A DNA stretch of 63,971 nucleotides, counting the filler, from Bigelowiella natans CCMP2755 (Eukaryota; Protista; Cercozoa), in NCBI GenBank assembly GCA_000320545.1. It is 6 parts of 6 records of this genome, joined end to end, with 100 filler letters (N's around TTAATTAATTAA, not from the genome) between each part and the next. Parts side by side here need not be neighbours in the genome. Positions count along the whole stretch, not along the records: positions 16,785 to 43,181 come from ADNK01002249.1; positions 43,282 to 50,932 come from ADNK01002874.1; positions 51,033 to 57,911 come from ADNK01002737.1; 3 more parts are not named here. One strand, written 5' to 3'. Below the pieces are notes generated by a model that saw nothing but the letters and a program-made list of their open reading frames with translations, was not told where the DNA came from and ran no database searches. Made by a program: the position numbers and the translations under genes. Below, in pieces: positions 40,049-51,949 of the stretch; the stretch's first letter is position 1, and each line of letters begins with the position of its first letter.

Positions 40049-40478
40049 TAAACACACACTAAAATGGTGGTACTCGGCGCTTCAGCATTCAACCTTCTCT
40101 AGTAGTGTTAAAAAACAAGGTAGTATTTAAAGTAGTCCTTTTGTACTTGTTTGCAGGTGTATCAAGTTTATATGTTCATCACCTGCCCCCGAGACGAGAG
40201 TAAGCAACTTGGAAGAGAAACTAACAGCCACTTCCCGCTCGTGTATGATTTCGGAGTCATTATTTCCTTTTTCAAAGCAATCTGCCAACACAAGGAAGAA
40301 CAGCGGGTCAAATAAAAGATCACTCATTAGATATTTTCCCAGTGATATTATTCCAGACTCATTCCTCAAAACCAACAGTCTCTCGCAATTGGGCAGAGTT
40401 CATGAAAATTGCATGTTCCCCATTTAACAGCGATAACCTTCTTTAGATTTGCCTGTATCCATTCGGTGGTGCGACCAT
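37421..40478 (-). CDS. TMEM135: TMEM135-like (Tim17-fold repeat) membrane protein; multi-exon, ends uncertain
   Basis: Two repeats: NAIAGFVAGASMLILPEDERFGASLYCITRAL (39297-38800) and GLLAGFVAGLSIFIEHPRRRKELTL|YCIPRA (38280-38077, then ~37785). Upstream exon GRGFAVGYSFKVAMAV. Matches the TMEM135 pattern AG.S..IE...RR.EL.LY..PRA. Confidence 0.75.
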
Positions 40479-40878
40479 GCAAGGAGGAGAAGGGCTAGGG
40501 GGGGGGAGGGAAAAGATGATACGGTATCTGAGCAAGCTACAGACACACTACGTCGGCAGATCTACTCGTAGGCGATGATTATTATTTATATGCCTGATTG
40601 AGTACTGGTACATGCTACTAGCAGCGAAGTATACAATTTTTCTTATTCGCGACATGAAATACATGTTGTCGCACTTTCGCAATGCAGATTAAAATTTTTA
40701 TGACCGTACCGCCAGAAAGTAACGTTTCCAGTAACGCCCTCCTTATTACGAGTAGAATCACATTTATACACTGCGACATGTAAATTATTCATTTTTTTAA
40801 AAAAAAATGGCACTTTTGATAAGCGACATCGCGACTCCATTTTGACCTGAGAGGCCATAGCCACATGAATATGCCGAC

Positions 40879-42702
40879 ATGAGGAGGCCTCTTGCGGACA
40901 TGCACCTAAGGGGGGGGATCTTGGTGACAACAGCCTTGGTACAAAGATGATTCCCAAAGATAAAAATTTTGAGAGTACTAAAGAAAACATTGGTGGATAA
41001 GGATAAGAAAAGAATTAAAATCTGCAAAATGGCTTATTTATTAACATCACCGTTTTGTTATCGTTTTCAGTACCAAACATTGTATGATGGCCACATCAAT
41101 CCTAACCTTGTTTTTTTTGTAAATTACTCACACATGACAGAGTCTTCTCCTGTTGGTACATCCTGTCGTCGCCGCTGGAAAGCAGCTTCCGACATCGAAA
41201 AGCGAGGTCGACACGCAGAATGACAACAATGAGAAGAACGATGTGACGACAAAGGCAAAGCCCAATGATCCAGAAGATTTGGAATCACAGGAGTGGCATG
41301 ATAATGTTACGTTCGAAGATATTTTCCGCGATGAGGACGACGGCGAAGAAAGGCATTTGAATCATAGAAAAAATGACAACATTGAAACCGGCGAAGAGAA
41401 CAAAACTGCGATAAAGAAGGAAGAAAGCAGGTATGTATTGCTAGAAAATCGAGGGAGTGATTTAATATCTTGTATTACGTTCTGCCGATCTATACGGACT
41501 CATGTGCAATGGGAAAGTAAATAATTTTTGCATAAAAGTATTTCACTTTTTTTAGGGGAATTTTCCATCGCCTTGTTCATGCATTGGGGTTCTCACAAAA
41601 CGATAAGAGAAGCGAAGGAGCACAATCGGATGATGGTATTAACAGAAAAATTGCCGAATAAGAAGCAGAAGTTTTGCACATGAATACAAATTAAGTGAGA
41701 ATGGGGCGGCTTTTTGACTCTGGAGAAACGTCACTTTGCTTTCTCACTAATTTTGGAGGGAACCCCCAAAGCGTGGCAATTTGGTGGGAATATAGCGCAA
41801 TAAAATGCGTGACTCTTTATCCACGAAAGAAGTCATTCATGGTTTATTCTATGTTACCCGATATTTACCACAGAAATGAAATCATCTGGTGAACAACCTG
41901 ATCCTGATAACATCGAAGCAAATCCAGATGTATACCAGAGTATCAACAAGGACATAATCTGTCTCGGCATGGACAAAGAGGTAGGTTCAATGATATGATT
42001 TCGATCAACCAATGATTTGGATTTTGTGGCACGCCCTATGAGTCGTATCTTAGAAATATATTATCTGCGTTTTGCATGGGAGGAAATTAGTCTTTTATGA
42101 AATTAACAAAATCTCAAGCGTAGAGTAGTGGGGTGCGTCGCTCAATTTGATATAAAATCATCGATGAGTTTAGCCCGCGGTAAATCTATCATTGTTCTTT
42201 CGAAGTGATGTGATGGAAGAAACACCGGTTGGGCCGATCAGCATTGGAAATAACTAAATCGATAAATATCAAATATGGAGAGGAAAAGACAACGACTTTT
42301 GTTGTTGAGGAGTGTATTTCATTTCTTGCAAATCAAAGGGCCTATCCGTGTAGTTTACATTTGCAATATTTCCATCAGACACGGCGTGTGCATCCTCTAT
42401 GTGGCGGCGGCGGCGGCGGCGGGCATGGCCATATTCCACACAGCCACAACCCACACAGCCACGATCCACACGGCCATAATCCACACAGCCACGATCCACA
42501 CAGCCACGCTCCTCACGGCCATAATCCACACAGCCACGACCCACACGGCCATAACCCACACAGCCATAATCCCCACGGCCATAGTCCACACAGCCACAGC
42601 CCACACAGCCACGCTCCTCACGGCCATAGTCCACACAGCCACAGCCCACACAGCCATGCTCCTCACGGCCATAATCCACACAGCCACACACCGCTGCCTA
42701 CA

Positions 42703-42737
<35 letters not shown>

Positions 42738-43181
42738 TTAGTATTAGTAGTGGTAGTAGAAGCTGTAGAGAAGATTTGAAGGTCATCGGGTCATATGTAT
42801 CTATATCATCAACATCTATTGAGAACATTTTGGGCTGCGCCGCAAAACCTTAAGATCCGAATATGTAGTTGGTACGCTTGCTTGTAACATCTGTGCTCAC
42901 TCAGTAGCAGCACCACAAATTTGGTTGAGTGGCATCTTCTCGTCCGTATTCTCCGTTCAGAAGTGGATTTTCGTTTATTTTCCTACTTCAAGCTCACACA
43001 CATGTTGATTGTTGTTCTCCAGGTTTCCAACTCCAGTCCCTACAAAGTTCCCCACCCCGGACTCCAACCCCACTACTCCAACCCCGGATCCGACCCCATA
43101 TCCATCCCCAGCCCCTAACAAACGTTCCCCCAACCCCGTACCCCTACAAACCTTCCCCCAACCCCAACCCCTACAAACGTT
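40879..43181 (+). CDS. Secreted protein with an acidic N-terminal region, a His-Pro pentapeptide repeat and a PT-rich stalk; 3' truncated by a gap
   Basis: Exon 40879-40938 MRRPLADMHLRGGILVTTAL splices in phase to 41141 SLLLLVHPVVAAGKQ (signal peptide). Exon ~42379-42703 reads TRRVHPLCGGGGGGGHGHI(PH[SG]H[NDAS])n; exon from ~43023 reads FPTPVPTKFPTP... Confidence 0.7.
42433..42692 (+). repeat. Coding 15-bp tandem repeat (~17 units) encoding PH(S/G)H(N/D/A/S)
   Basis: Units such as ccacacagccacaac, ccacacggccataat and cctcacggccatagt. Confidence 0.95.
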
Positions 43182-43281
43182 NNNNNNNNNNNNNNNNNNN
43201 NNNNNNNNNNNNNNNNNNNNNNNNNTTAATTAATTAANNNNNNNNNNNNNNNNNNNNNNNNNNNNNNNNNNNNNNNNNNNN
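43182..43281. other. Artificial contig linker/gap
   Basis: N44-TTAATTAATTAA-N44. Confidence 0.97.
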
Positions 43282-43549
43282 GGGTTGGGGGGGGGGGGCA
43301 TGCCAACGCACACCGTATTATTCATTGATTTTTGGAAACGGATATGAGTACTAAAGTAAGTATTTTTTGCATTGGCTTTGCATGCTCACCCCTTCGACTG
43401 GAAACCTCTCCTGGTGCACATGTATGTAGGCGACGGAGCTCCGAGAAGGTATTTTGCCCGCATGTTGTGAGATGCATGTAGATTGAATGGCCTATCTGGG
43501 AGGCAAGAGGAAGAGCCCCCCACCCCTGAACACAGCCTTTTTCCCTCAG

Positions 43550-43652
43550 GCGTTATCGAGGCACAGCACCCAGAGTTCACTGCTCTTGTTTTCAAGCTGC
43601 AGGTGATGGTGTTTATGCTATATGCTTTATGATCTTATCTACATTTTATGGC

Positions 43653-43694
<42 letters not shown>

Positions 43695-43776
43695 GCATAT
43701 TTTTTGCCTGCATCTGGTGGTCAAATATTGCTATTCTCACATCAACACCGCCATCACACTCCTCCACATCGATCTT

Positions 43777-43812
<36 letters not shown>

Positions 43813-45233
43813 GAACACAAACACACACACACTCACTCACTCACTCACTTCTACACACCCAATTGTTAGGCCAACCTGAACCCAAAGCACCGTGACTGTA
43901 TGGCCTTTGCGCGGATCGTGTCAGGCAAGTTTGAGAAGGGCATGAAAGTGAAGAACTCTCGCTTGAAAAACCGGCAGCTCACCCTCTCGCAGGTTCTTGG
44001 CGGCGCGTGTTGGCATTGCATTGCTGCTGCCTATCCGTCCTCCCGCCTCTCCCTCGTGCTCCTCGTTGTGAAGCTTTCCCTTAGCTCTTCTTCCTTATCA
44101 CCTTCTTCTCATGTGATAATATTGCGTGCGCTATTTGGGGCGGAGGCGAGATTGTTTCCGGGAGAAAGCTGCGGCGCTGCTGCTGCTGCTGCTGCTGCTG
44201 CTGTTATCTGGATGATTACGGTGTTGGGTGAGTGGTTAATCCTCGTGATGTTTGTAGGCGCAGATCCTCTTTGCGAGTGACAGGGACTCAGTAGAGACCG
44301 CTTTCCCTGGAGATGTTATCGGTACTATGTAGAGCGTTAAGAGACGAGAGCTGGTTGTTAGATGGTGAGGATGGAGATGACGATGATGATGATGATGATG
44401 ATGATGATGGTGATGATAACGATAATAATGATAATACTGATGATGATGGCTGTATTGCTAAAACCTTGTAGCTTGAGCTGTATTTATTTGATTCCGGCTC
44501 TTATCTATGCTAGCGTGCACACACATGCACACGCACGTGCATCAACACACAAGTACCCGCCGCTCATCACTTGGATGTTCATTGCCTCATATACGATAAG
44601 GACTGAATAACCCGGGTCTTTTCGCGATTGGGGATACGATTTTCACCGGAAATCAGGTCGTTTATATAATTTTTGAGTTGTCGCGACACCGCCTTCCACC
44701 ACCATCCTCGTCATCATCATCATCATCATCATCATCATAATCATCATCATCATCGTCATCATCATCATCGTCATCATCATCATCGTCATCGTCATCATCA
44801 TCAGCATAAACGACAATACCAGCATCACCATCACCATCACCATCATCATCATCATCACCAAATACAACAAGAGCACCAACAACACCATCAAAATCATTGC
44901 CCCCCGACACTCTCTCCACATCCTAAATAACACACATCGCCCTGCTGCGCGGAGTCCAGACTGCAGCAAGTAGCTCAAAATGATGCAATATCCACGCCGT
45001 TGATGCATTCGTTATCGTTGTCCTCATCGTCGTCTCTGCGACTCGTATGGTCCTTTTTCTCTCATCAAAGGCTGTCCGATTCCCGGGCATTCCTTCGTTT
45101 TCCCCGGAGATGTTTATGTACATAAGATCAGCAGCTCCGTCGCAGTATAAGGTGTGATCGTGTTGGTAGAGAGGAGGAAAGATTCAGCAAAAGCAGCGTT
45201 TGTTTCTGGGAGATGTTTTCTTTCTTTCTCTTC

Positions 45234-45279
<46 letters not shown>

Positions 45280-45797
45280 GTTATGTTTCTGCCTTACCTT
45301 CAGTCATTTAACAAAGGAATGCAGCAGCTTCTAGATGAGGGTGAGACTAGTAGGAGAGAGAGAGGGGGGTGGGGGGGGAGAGGATAGGAGAGAAAGAAAG
45401 GGGGGGCGGCGCAACCGCGTCTAATAAGGAGAAGAACAAATGGTCTAGATGATTCTCCCTGCAAAACCACATAGTGATGACGACGATGCGTAGAAGAGGG
45501 AGATTAGCGAAGGAATGCACCAAGAATGTGAAAATGGTGAAGAGTACACCGATTGCAGCTCGTGAAGTAGTGTCGTGTCGGTCAACTAGAAGTTATTTAA
45601 ACAACAATTGCCCCCCCCCCCCCCTTTCTCCCCTCGGCAAAACAATGACCCAGGAACGGTTCAAATGCTTCGAGCACGGAGCGACATGGGAGAAGGGTCG
45701 CCGATCTTGGCCGCGGTAGAGATAGAGTTTTTACACTTCAAATTGCTTGCAAATCTGTGGATTATTATGCTCTTATTATGATTTCTCTCACTCTTTC

Positions 45798-45840
<43 letters not shown>

Positions 45841-46223
45841 TTCTCTCTTTCTCTCTGTTTCTATCTTTCTTTCGATGCGGTGTGTGTGCTTGTGTGTGTG
45901 TGTGCGCGCGCGCGCGCGCGTGGCATGGGGAGAGGGAGGAAGATACATCAAGATATTCATCATTCGCTAGCATGCGTATCAGCTCTGCCATCGTCAAATC
46001 TACATTTTAAAGCACAAATCCAATGGTTCCCCCCTCCTGTGTCTCTTACCTTACGTTGTTCCTGCTGCTGCTGCTGCTGTTTTGGTAGGTGGGCCAGCTT
46101 CAGTTTGATGTCGTACAGTCGCGACTCCTCAACGAGTACCTAGCCGCGACCGCTAGCAAACCAGCATTATCCATCATCATCCAAACACGCAATAAAAGAC
46201 ATTCGTTCCTTATAACCATAATC

Positions 46224-46266
<43 letters not shown>

Positions 46267-46763
46267 ATATAATATATATTATCATATTTGTTTATATCTT
46301 CGGAAAGTGTGCGTCAAAATTGTCATCATGAACATGCCTCCCCCCTCCCCCCCCCTCCCCGCCAAATTCTGTAGATATAGCGCGGAGAGCACGCTAGAGC
46401 CTCTGCCGTACACAATTGCACGATGGGTGACAAATGGCTGGGAGGCTGTGGAAAAGGCTGAACCCTTGTACAACGTCTTTGTGGTAGACAATCACCAACG
46501 CATTTTTGGATTATGAGAGTGAGAGGGGGGGGGGGGGGGGGGGTGCGAACGACGATGCATATTTTTTGCACACACAACAGCATTTCTGGCCTGGCTGACA
46601 CGTATTATTTGCTCTCTGCTTGCATATCGTATCTCATCAGGCCAAGGATCGATGGGAAAGACCTGTGCTCTTGTTTAACAACGATTGGGGCCTGAAAAAC
46701 CTCATGGATAAACATCCGGAACTTGAGCTCGATCCTTGGGCCTTTGCTCCCGACGTCGAATGA
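43550..46763 (+). CDS. prfC: Bacterial-type peptide chain release factor 3 (organellar, probably plastid); C-terminal half, ~10 exons
   Basis: Spliced: [10 protein letters not shown]|[27 protein letters not shown]...SQ|[22 protein letters not shown]|[16 protein letters not shown]|[14 protein letters not shown]...YK|[13 protein letters not shown]|TVQML...PILAA|[16 protein letters not shown]|YSAE...YTIARWV...|[16 protein letters not shown]...PDVE*. Confidence 0.93.
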
Positions 46764-46909
46764 AACTCGCCCGCATCGTATAGCTGATGGGATGAAGCAA
46801 AGCTGTTATTGTCACCCTGCGTGTTATGCGTGTTTCTCAATACCGTGGGCTTCAGTTGCCAGCGCATACATTCTAAGTGTTGATTCTTCAAAACATTATA
46901 ACATATATT

Positions 46910-46946
<37 letters not shown>

Positions 46947-47796
46947 TGCTATAGCTTACGGCAGGATGAGGAGTCCGGCAATCATGTATACATGCCCGAT
47001 TTGTAATTGATAGTTAAGAAAATAAATAGCTTCATCAAAGTCCGAACCGCCTCGCGCAGCAGATTGCGTGAGTGGCAAGCCGCACAGCTCGGTGCTTGCT
47101 TCATAATCTTCCTGTAAGTGTGTACTTGCATCGACAAGCTAGCAGGCTAGCATGAAGTAGTTATACTTTGAATGCAACTATGTAAGTCGGCATTCACTTA
47201 TCAAACGCGCACATGCTAGTATGTATAGCTGCGCAAGCAATGGATTGCTTTATATTGTATGTATTTAGGTATAATAATTATTCCAAAACGAAGTGCTCAT
47301 AGATAACTAACATAGAACCGAGGCACTTGATCTCGCTTGCAGCTTAAGCAAGCAGGGAATGCCATCTTCAGATGTGCGCAAGGCTGTGCTAGTGTGCTGC
47401 GTGTTAGCTCGAAAGCAAACTGACCAATAATGCAAGAATATCGTTTAAACTAGAATTAAAGCTAAATAATCAATTCCTAATTTATCGGGCTGCGCGCTGT
47501 GTTAACTCGCATATTCATATCAAGAATAGAGCAATATCCGCATATTTTGTGCAGTACTACGCACGCACGCAGGCTCACCACGATCACATTATACCGTACG
47601 CAGCGCTCTTGATTTCCCAAAGCAAGCGATGAGATGTACATGTTCAAATACTTTATTGCGCATTAAGGTGCATCAAGCTGGGGTGTATTCGCATCGCAAT
47701 GTTCAGTGCCATGCGGACATGTAAATAGCCTTTATTTCTATGCTCACATGATGTTTCCAGTGTCAAAGCCTCGCTTTATTAGTTGGATATGAGTAG

Positions 47797-48819
47797 TTAA
47801 CCTGCTAGGCCTTCCGATATGGCAACGTCGAAGAAGAAGCGAGCCGTGGCCTCCGACAGTTTCTCGTGTTTTGCTAGGTCCGAGAGCTTAAGGGAGTCTA
47901 CCTGCAGCTCGTTTTTTATCTTCTTTACGCTGTCAATAAGCGCCTTCGTCTTGAATGCAACGATCTTGATCACGCCCTGCTCGGACTCGGACTCGGCCGC
48001 TTTCATCACGTTCACCGCAAAGTCCTTGTGGAACGCCGTCATGCCCATCCCCACCTTCGCGTGAGACGGCACCGTGATCTTGGCGCTTGTCGCGTCCACG
48101 AAAAGATCGAAGTACTGCGCCTTCGAGGAAGCGCGCTCGTCCAAAGTCCCCGCGACGTACACCTTGGCGTTCGTCAAGTCCTTGAGCTCCTCCTCCCCCA
48201 AGCACACCAGCGGCCGCAGAATCCCCCAGTTGTTCCGGTGCCAGGAACCGAATAGGGGCATCGTGCGCACCAGCGAGAGGACCTCCGACAACGAATCCGC
48301 GTACACGAAGATCCTCTTCTTCAGCACCACAGCCGTCCAAAGGAGGGCGATTTGCTGGCCGAACGTCTTCACAACGCTCTTGATCGATCCCGCGATCAGC
48401 GCCCTGCGGTTGTCGAATTTCTTGTCCGCCCAGCCTCCGTACGAAGAAGACCGGAACAACTTCAGGTAAGCCTTGATGAGGGGGGTCGGCGTCAGCGCCG
48501 CTTTGTACTCAGACACCAGGACCTTGAGGAGGCTGTTGAACATCTCTGGGTTGAAGACTTCGCTTAGAACTACGAGGCAGGCAGCCTTTACTCTCGGGTA
48601 TTTGAGGTCGTCTATGGAGGTGGTCAACATGTACTGCCATGTGTTTCCTAGCTTTGACCACCTGAACACCTCTGCGATCTTCTTATCTTCCAAGCCGCAC
48701 CGCTTCACGAGCACCTCTCCGTGCTCCTTCGAGACTGCGGGATAGCTCCACACGCACATAACATCCTCGTTGACGTCTCTCTCGAGAAGGCCCAGAGCCG
48801 TAATCTTTGCTGTGTTCAT
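47797..48819 (-). CDS. DENND10: DENN domain-containing protein 10 (FAM45 family), intronless
   Basis: 340-aa ORF with GLLERDVNEDVMCVWSYP, FNPE, AGSIKSVVKTFG...LWTAVVLKKRIFVY, WHRNNWGIL and YVAG...FDLFVD, collinear with FAM45A motifs. Confidence 0.9.
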   Translation of the reverse strand: MNTAKITALGLLERDVNEDVMCVWSYPAVSKEHGEVLVKRCGLEDKKIAEVFRWSKLGNTWQYMLTTSIDDLKYPRVKAACLVVLSEVFNPEMFNSLLKVLVSEYKAALTPTPLIKAYLKLFRSSSYGGWADKKFDNRRALIAGSIKSVVKTFGQQIALLWTAVVLKKRIFVYADSLSEVLSLVRTMPLFGSWHRNNWGILRPLVCLGEEELKDLTNAKVYVAGTLDERASSKAQYFDLFVDATSAKITVPSHAKVGMGMTAFHKDFAVNVMKAAESESEQGVIKIVAFKTKALIDSVKKIKNELQVDSLKLSDLAKHEKLSEATARFFFDVAISEGLAG

Positions 48820-49470
48820 TGACCACGCCTTCTCTCGCTCTCTCTCGCGCGCGCGTGGGAGGGGGGAGATTCCGATATGTGATGTCCTTTTTTTTGGAGA
48901 GCGCCAAGAGACTCAATGAATCTCCAAGGAATATCGTAAATCATAATCCCGGATCTCAGGAGATAATGATTAAAATACAGGTGTTTTTTACTAAAATCGA
49001 ACCCTGACAGCGGAGTTTCGAGAAGTCTCGCAGGTTTTCAACAAAATTAAACTTCGTACCTCAGCTCGAGTTTTGTTCGTGGTGGAGCACTTGAGGTTGG
49101 TTTCTCTGACCTTGATTTTAGAAATATTTTAATACCGAGAATATCTAAGATAATATCCAGAGAAAAACTCGAGCTACTCCTAAATTCTCATCACCAAATT
49201 CGAACCACGTCCGGCATTAACTACCCCCCCCCCCTTCACCCCCTGCCCTGTTCCTTCCCTCCCTTATCCCATTGTCGATTGCCATCAGTATAAAAGCACG
49301 TGCGTATTGATTCTTCGATTCCCCAATCGGGTCTTTGTATCGTCTTCTTGACTCGCGTCCCGCTATAGTTCTCCCCACCCCATTTGGATGTTGACCACGT
49401 ATCCATTTTGATGTGACTTGAAACTTTAGCGGCCAAAGCGTGCAAAGACTCACCTCTGGAAACAAAGATC

Positions 49471-49790
49471 ATGCCGAAAACAGTCAATCGCGTAGCCGCC
49501 TCTGAATGGGTGAGGATGCAGCCGCAAAGCCTGTGTTTTGGTTATTTCGAATAAGTTTCACCTCTCCTCCCTCCCACCATCATTAACACCACCACCATTG
49601 GTTATTAGGGCAAGAAGTTGAAGGGAGTTGCCATCGAAGCGTGCACTAGCTGAGGCGCGTTCAAATCACGAGCCAACAAGTTGTTGAAGCTCGTGAAGGG
49701 CCAGGTGGGATGTTTTTTGTACGGTGCTGTCAAAATCACCACAGAAATAGTTTTCAATGTCATGTTCTATAGACACGCACGCGCGCGCAC

Positions 49791-49846
<56 letters not shown>

Positions 49847-50080
49847 CTATATTGCTAAACAAACCTGCCTTCTTATCATTTGAGAGTCAGAATCATCCGT
49901 ATGAATATTGTCTTATGAAGGTGAAGGGCGCTACTGTTGCGATCAACACAGAGAGGCCTCGGAAAGGGACCTTTCAAGTTGTCGTCAATGGGGAGACGCT
50001 GGTGCGATTCAATTAAACAGACGGCGAGGAAAAATCCCCGCAAAAATACTGATTTTCGAATTGATTGAGAACACACACAA

Positions 50081-50111
<31 letters not shown>

Positions 50112-50380
50112 CACACACAAAATGAACCGCATTGATTGACCGTTACCGTGTGCATTATATGGCATGTGTGTGGCAAGAATGTCAAGCTAACCATGCGCCT
50201 TTCTTTCTAGCTAAGCCTTGAAGCGATGGCGCGACCATTCTCTAAGCTCAAGGGAACGGTAAGATCTGTTTGTCTGTGTGTATAAGCGCGTGTGTTAGAG
50301 AGGGGGGGAGAGAGGGGGGTTGTAGATAGACATACTCACATTCGCCAATGAAACGAAGACAATCAAATAACGAATGTACA

Positions 50381-50418
<38 letters not shown>

Positions 50419-50558
50419 AATATGTTAGTATATATTGATTATTCATTGCGTTATTGTTGGGTTATATTCTCGTCCTGGTGGTGTAAAGAATATTGAGGAT
50501 TTGGCTGAGAAAGTCGTGGAGAAGCTTGAAGGAGGAGGCGGTGGGAGCAAAGCGAAGG
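49471..50558 (+). CDS. SELENOH: Selenoprotein H-like (Rdx family) protein with a CxxU motif; in-frame TGA at 49651-49653; 3' end lost
   Basis: Exons 49471-49509, 49609-49704, 49921-50001, 50211-50258 and 50489-50558, joined by four phase-0 introns, give MPKTVNRVAASEW|GKKLKGVAIEACTS-U-GAFKSRANKLLKLVKGQ|VKGATVAINTERPRKGTFQVVVNGETL|LSLEAMARPFSKLKGT|NIEDLAEKVVEKL. This matches SelH IExCxxU...INPxKPRRGSFEV. Confidence 0.9.
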
Positions 50559-50565
50559 GTAACGT

Positions 50566-50609
<44 letters not shown>

Positions 50610-50633
50610 ACATATATGTATATGTACATATAT

Positions 50634-50693
<60 letters not shown>

Positions 50694-50715
50694 ATATGTA
50701 CATATACATATATGT

Positions 50716-50759
<44 letters not shown>

Positions 50760-50895
50760 ACGTTACCCTTCGCTTTGCTCTCACCGCCTCCTCTTTCACG
50801 CGTCTCCACGACTTTCTCAGCCAAATCTTCAATATTCTTACACCACCAGAACGGAGAATATAACCACCTCTAACGCACTGAATATCATATATACA
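50432..50895. repeat. ~460-bp fold-back inverted repeat centred on (TA)n at ~50648-50677; probably a read or assembly artefact
   Basis: The right arm is the reverse complement of SelH exon 5 and flanking introns, with mismatches and indels increasing toward the contig end. Confidence 0.85.
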
Positions 50896-50897
50896 AC

Positions 50898-50932
<35 letters not shown>

Positions 50933-51032
50933 NNNNNNNNNNNNNNNNNNNNNNNNNNNNNNNNNNNNNNNNNNNNTTAATTAATTAANNNNNNNNNNNN
51001 NNNNNNNNNNNNNNNNNNNNNNNNNNNNNNNN
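50933..51032. other. Artificial contig linker/gap
   Basis: N44-TTAATTAATTAA-N44. Confidence 0.97.
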
Positions 51033-51949
51033 TTTTTTGTTGGAAAGACATCGTGCCAAAACATGACACATCTCCGATGCAGCATATAGCCTGGAAATTG
51101 ATTGGTCTATACTTATCTTCTGTCGTTCGCATACTTTGATTTTTTAATCGCTGTTTGTGGCTTGTTTGCTCAGGAATGGCGATGACCTCCCACACGTAGT
51201 ACATCTATCGATGCAACCACCTTGTCGCACATTAGAAGCGTGTAGCCACTGCATGCTATGTGGCCTGATAATCATATCGTCGCCATGGTGACAACATTAG
51301 TCCGATGCCGCATAATCTAGTAATTGATTATTATCCACACGTAGCGAAGTAAGCCATTAGAGCGAATAAAGTGCGTTGCGCATGCCGTATGGCCTTCGGA
51401 TGCACGCTGCGAAAAGAATGGGGCAAGCAATGTTATGTAACCTACTTTCGGAGCGATAAATAGGAGAGTCATAGCACAACAGATGCATTGGCTAGTTGGG
51501 TTACGCTTACTGCCTGCTTATGCAGCGCTGCTAGCGCTGGCCAGCCACCGCAGTTGCTGCTGAGTAGCTGAGTAGCGCCGTAGAGCCAGAGCTACAATAA
51601 ATGTACGACTGGGCATCAAATCCATGGATGTGTGCAATGATCATTGCCAGCACGCGTGAACGTGTAGGCTAGTACGTGCTGCACAGTACTTGTGTGTACA
51701 GCTAGACAGCTTTAAGAAAATAACGTGTGCTGTCATTCTGCAATGCTCATCTCCCCATGCTAGCATGTGTCGCTAGCAATGCGTGCATGGACTACATCAT
51801 TGCTCTGTCTAGCTCTGCTAGAGCTGTGTACGTGTGCAGATGATTGTGCATGCGGGGTTCGAAGAAGCTTAGTTGGCTTTATTCTACAAGTAGAGTTTCC
51901 AGTGATGATTTATAAGTTTTCATACGCACGCGTATACGCACACAGCTGA

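Noticed and set aside
42433-42692. Regular repeat as a CRISPR array
   Set aside because: Contiguous 15-bp coding units with no unique spacers, in a eukaryotic context with no cas genes.
44362-45008. Poly-Met/His/Asp ORFs, and the many CVCV, THTH, RERE and YIYI ORFs across the window
   Set aside because: Translations of intronic (CAT)n, (CA)n, (GA)n and (TA)n microsatellites; this example lies inside RF3 introns.
50432-50895. Long hairpin as a MITE, hairpin RNA or SECIS
   Set aside because: It duplicates exon and intron sequence in reverse, turns on a (TA)n run, degrades toward the contig end and replaces the gene's 3' end. This is typical of a fold-back read or chimera.
51033-51300. SECIS element for the SelH-like gene
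   Set aside because: It lies beyond a contig linker, and I could not see a convincing AUGA/GA kink-turn stem with apical AA.
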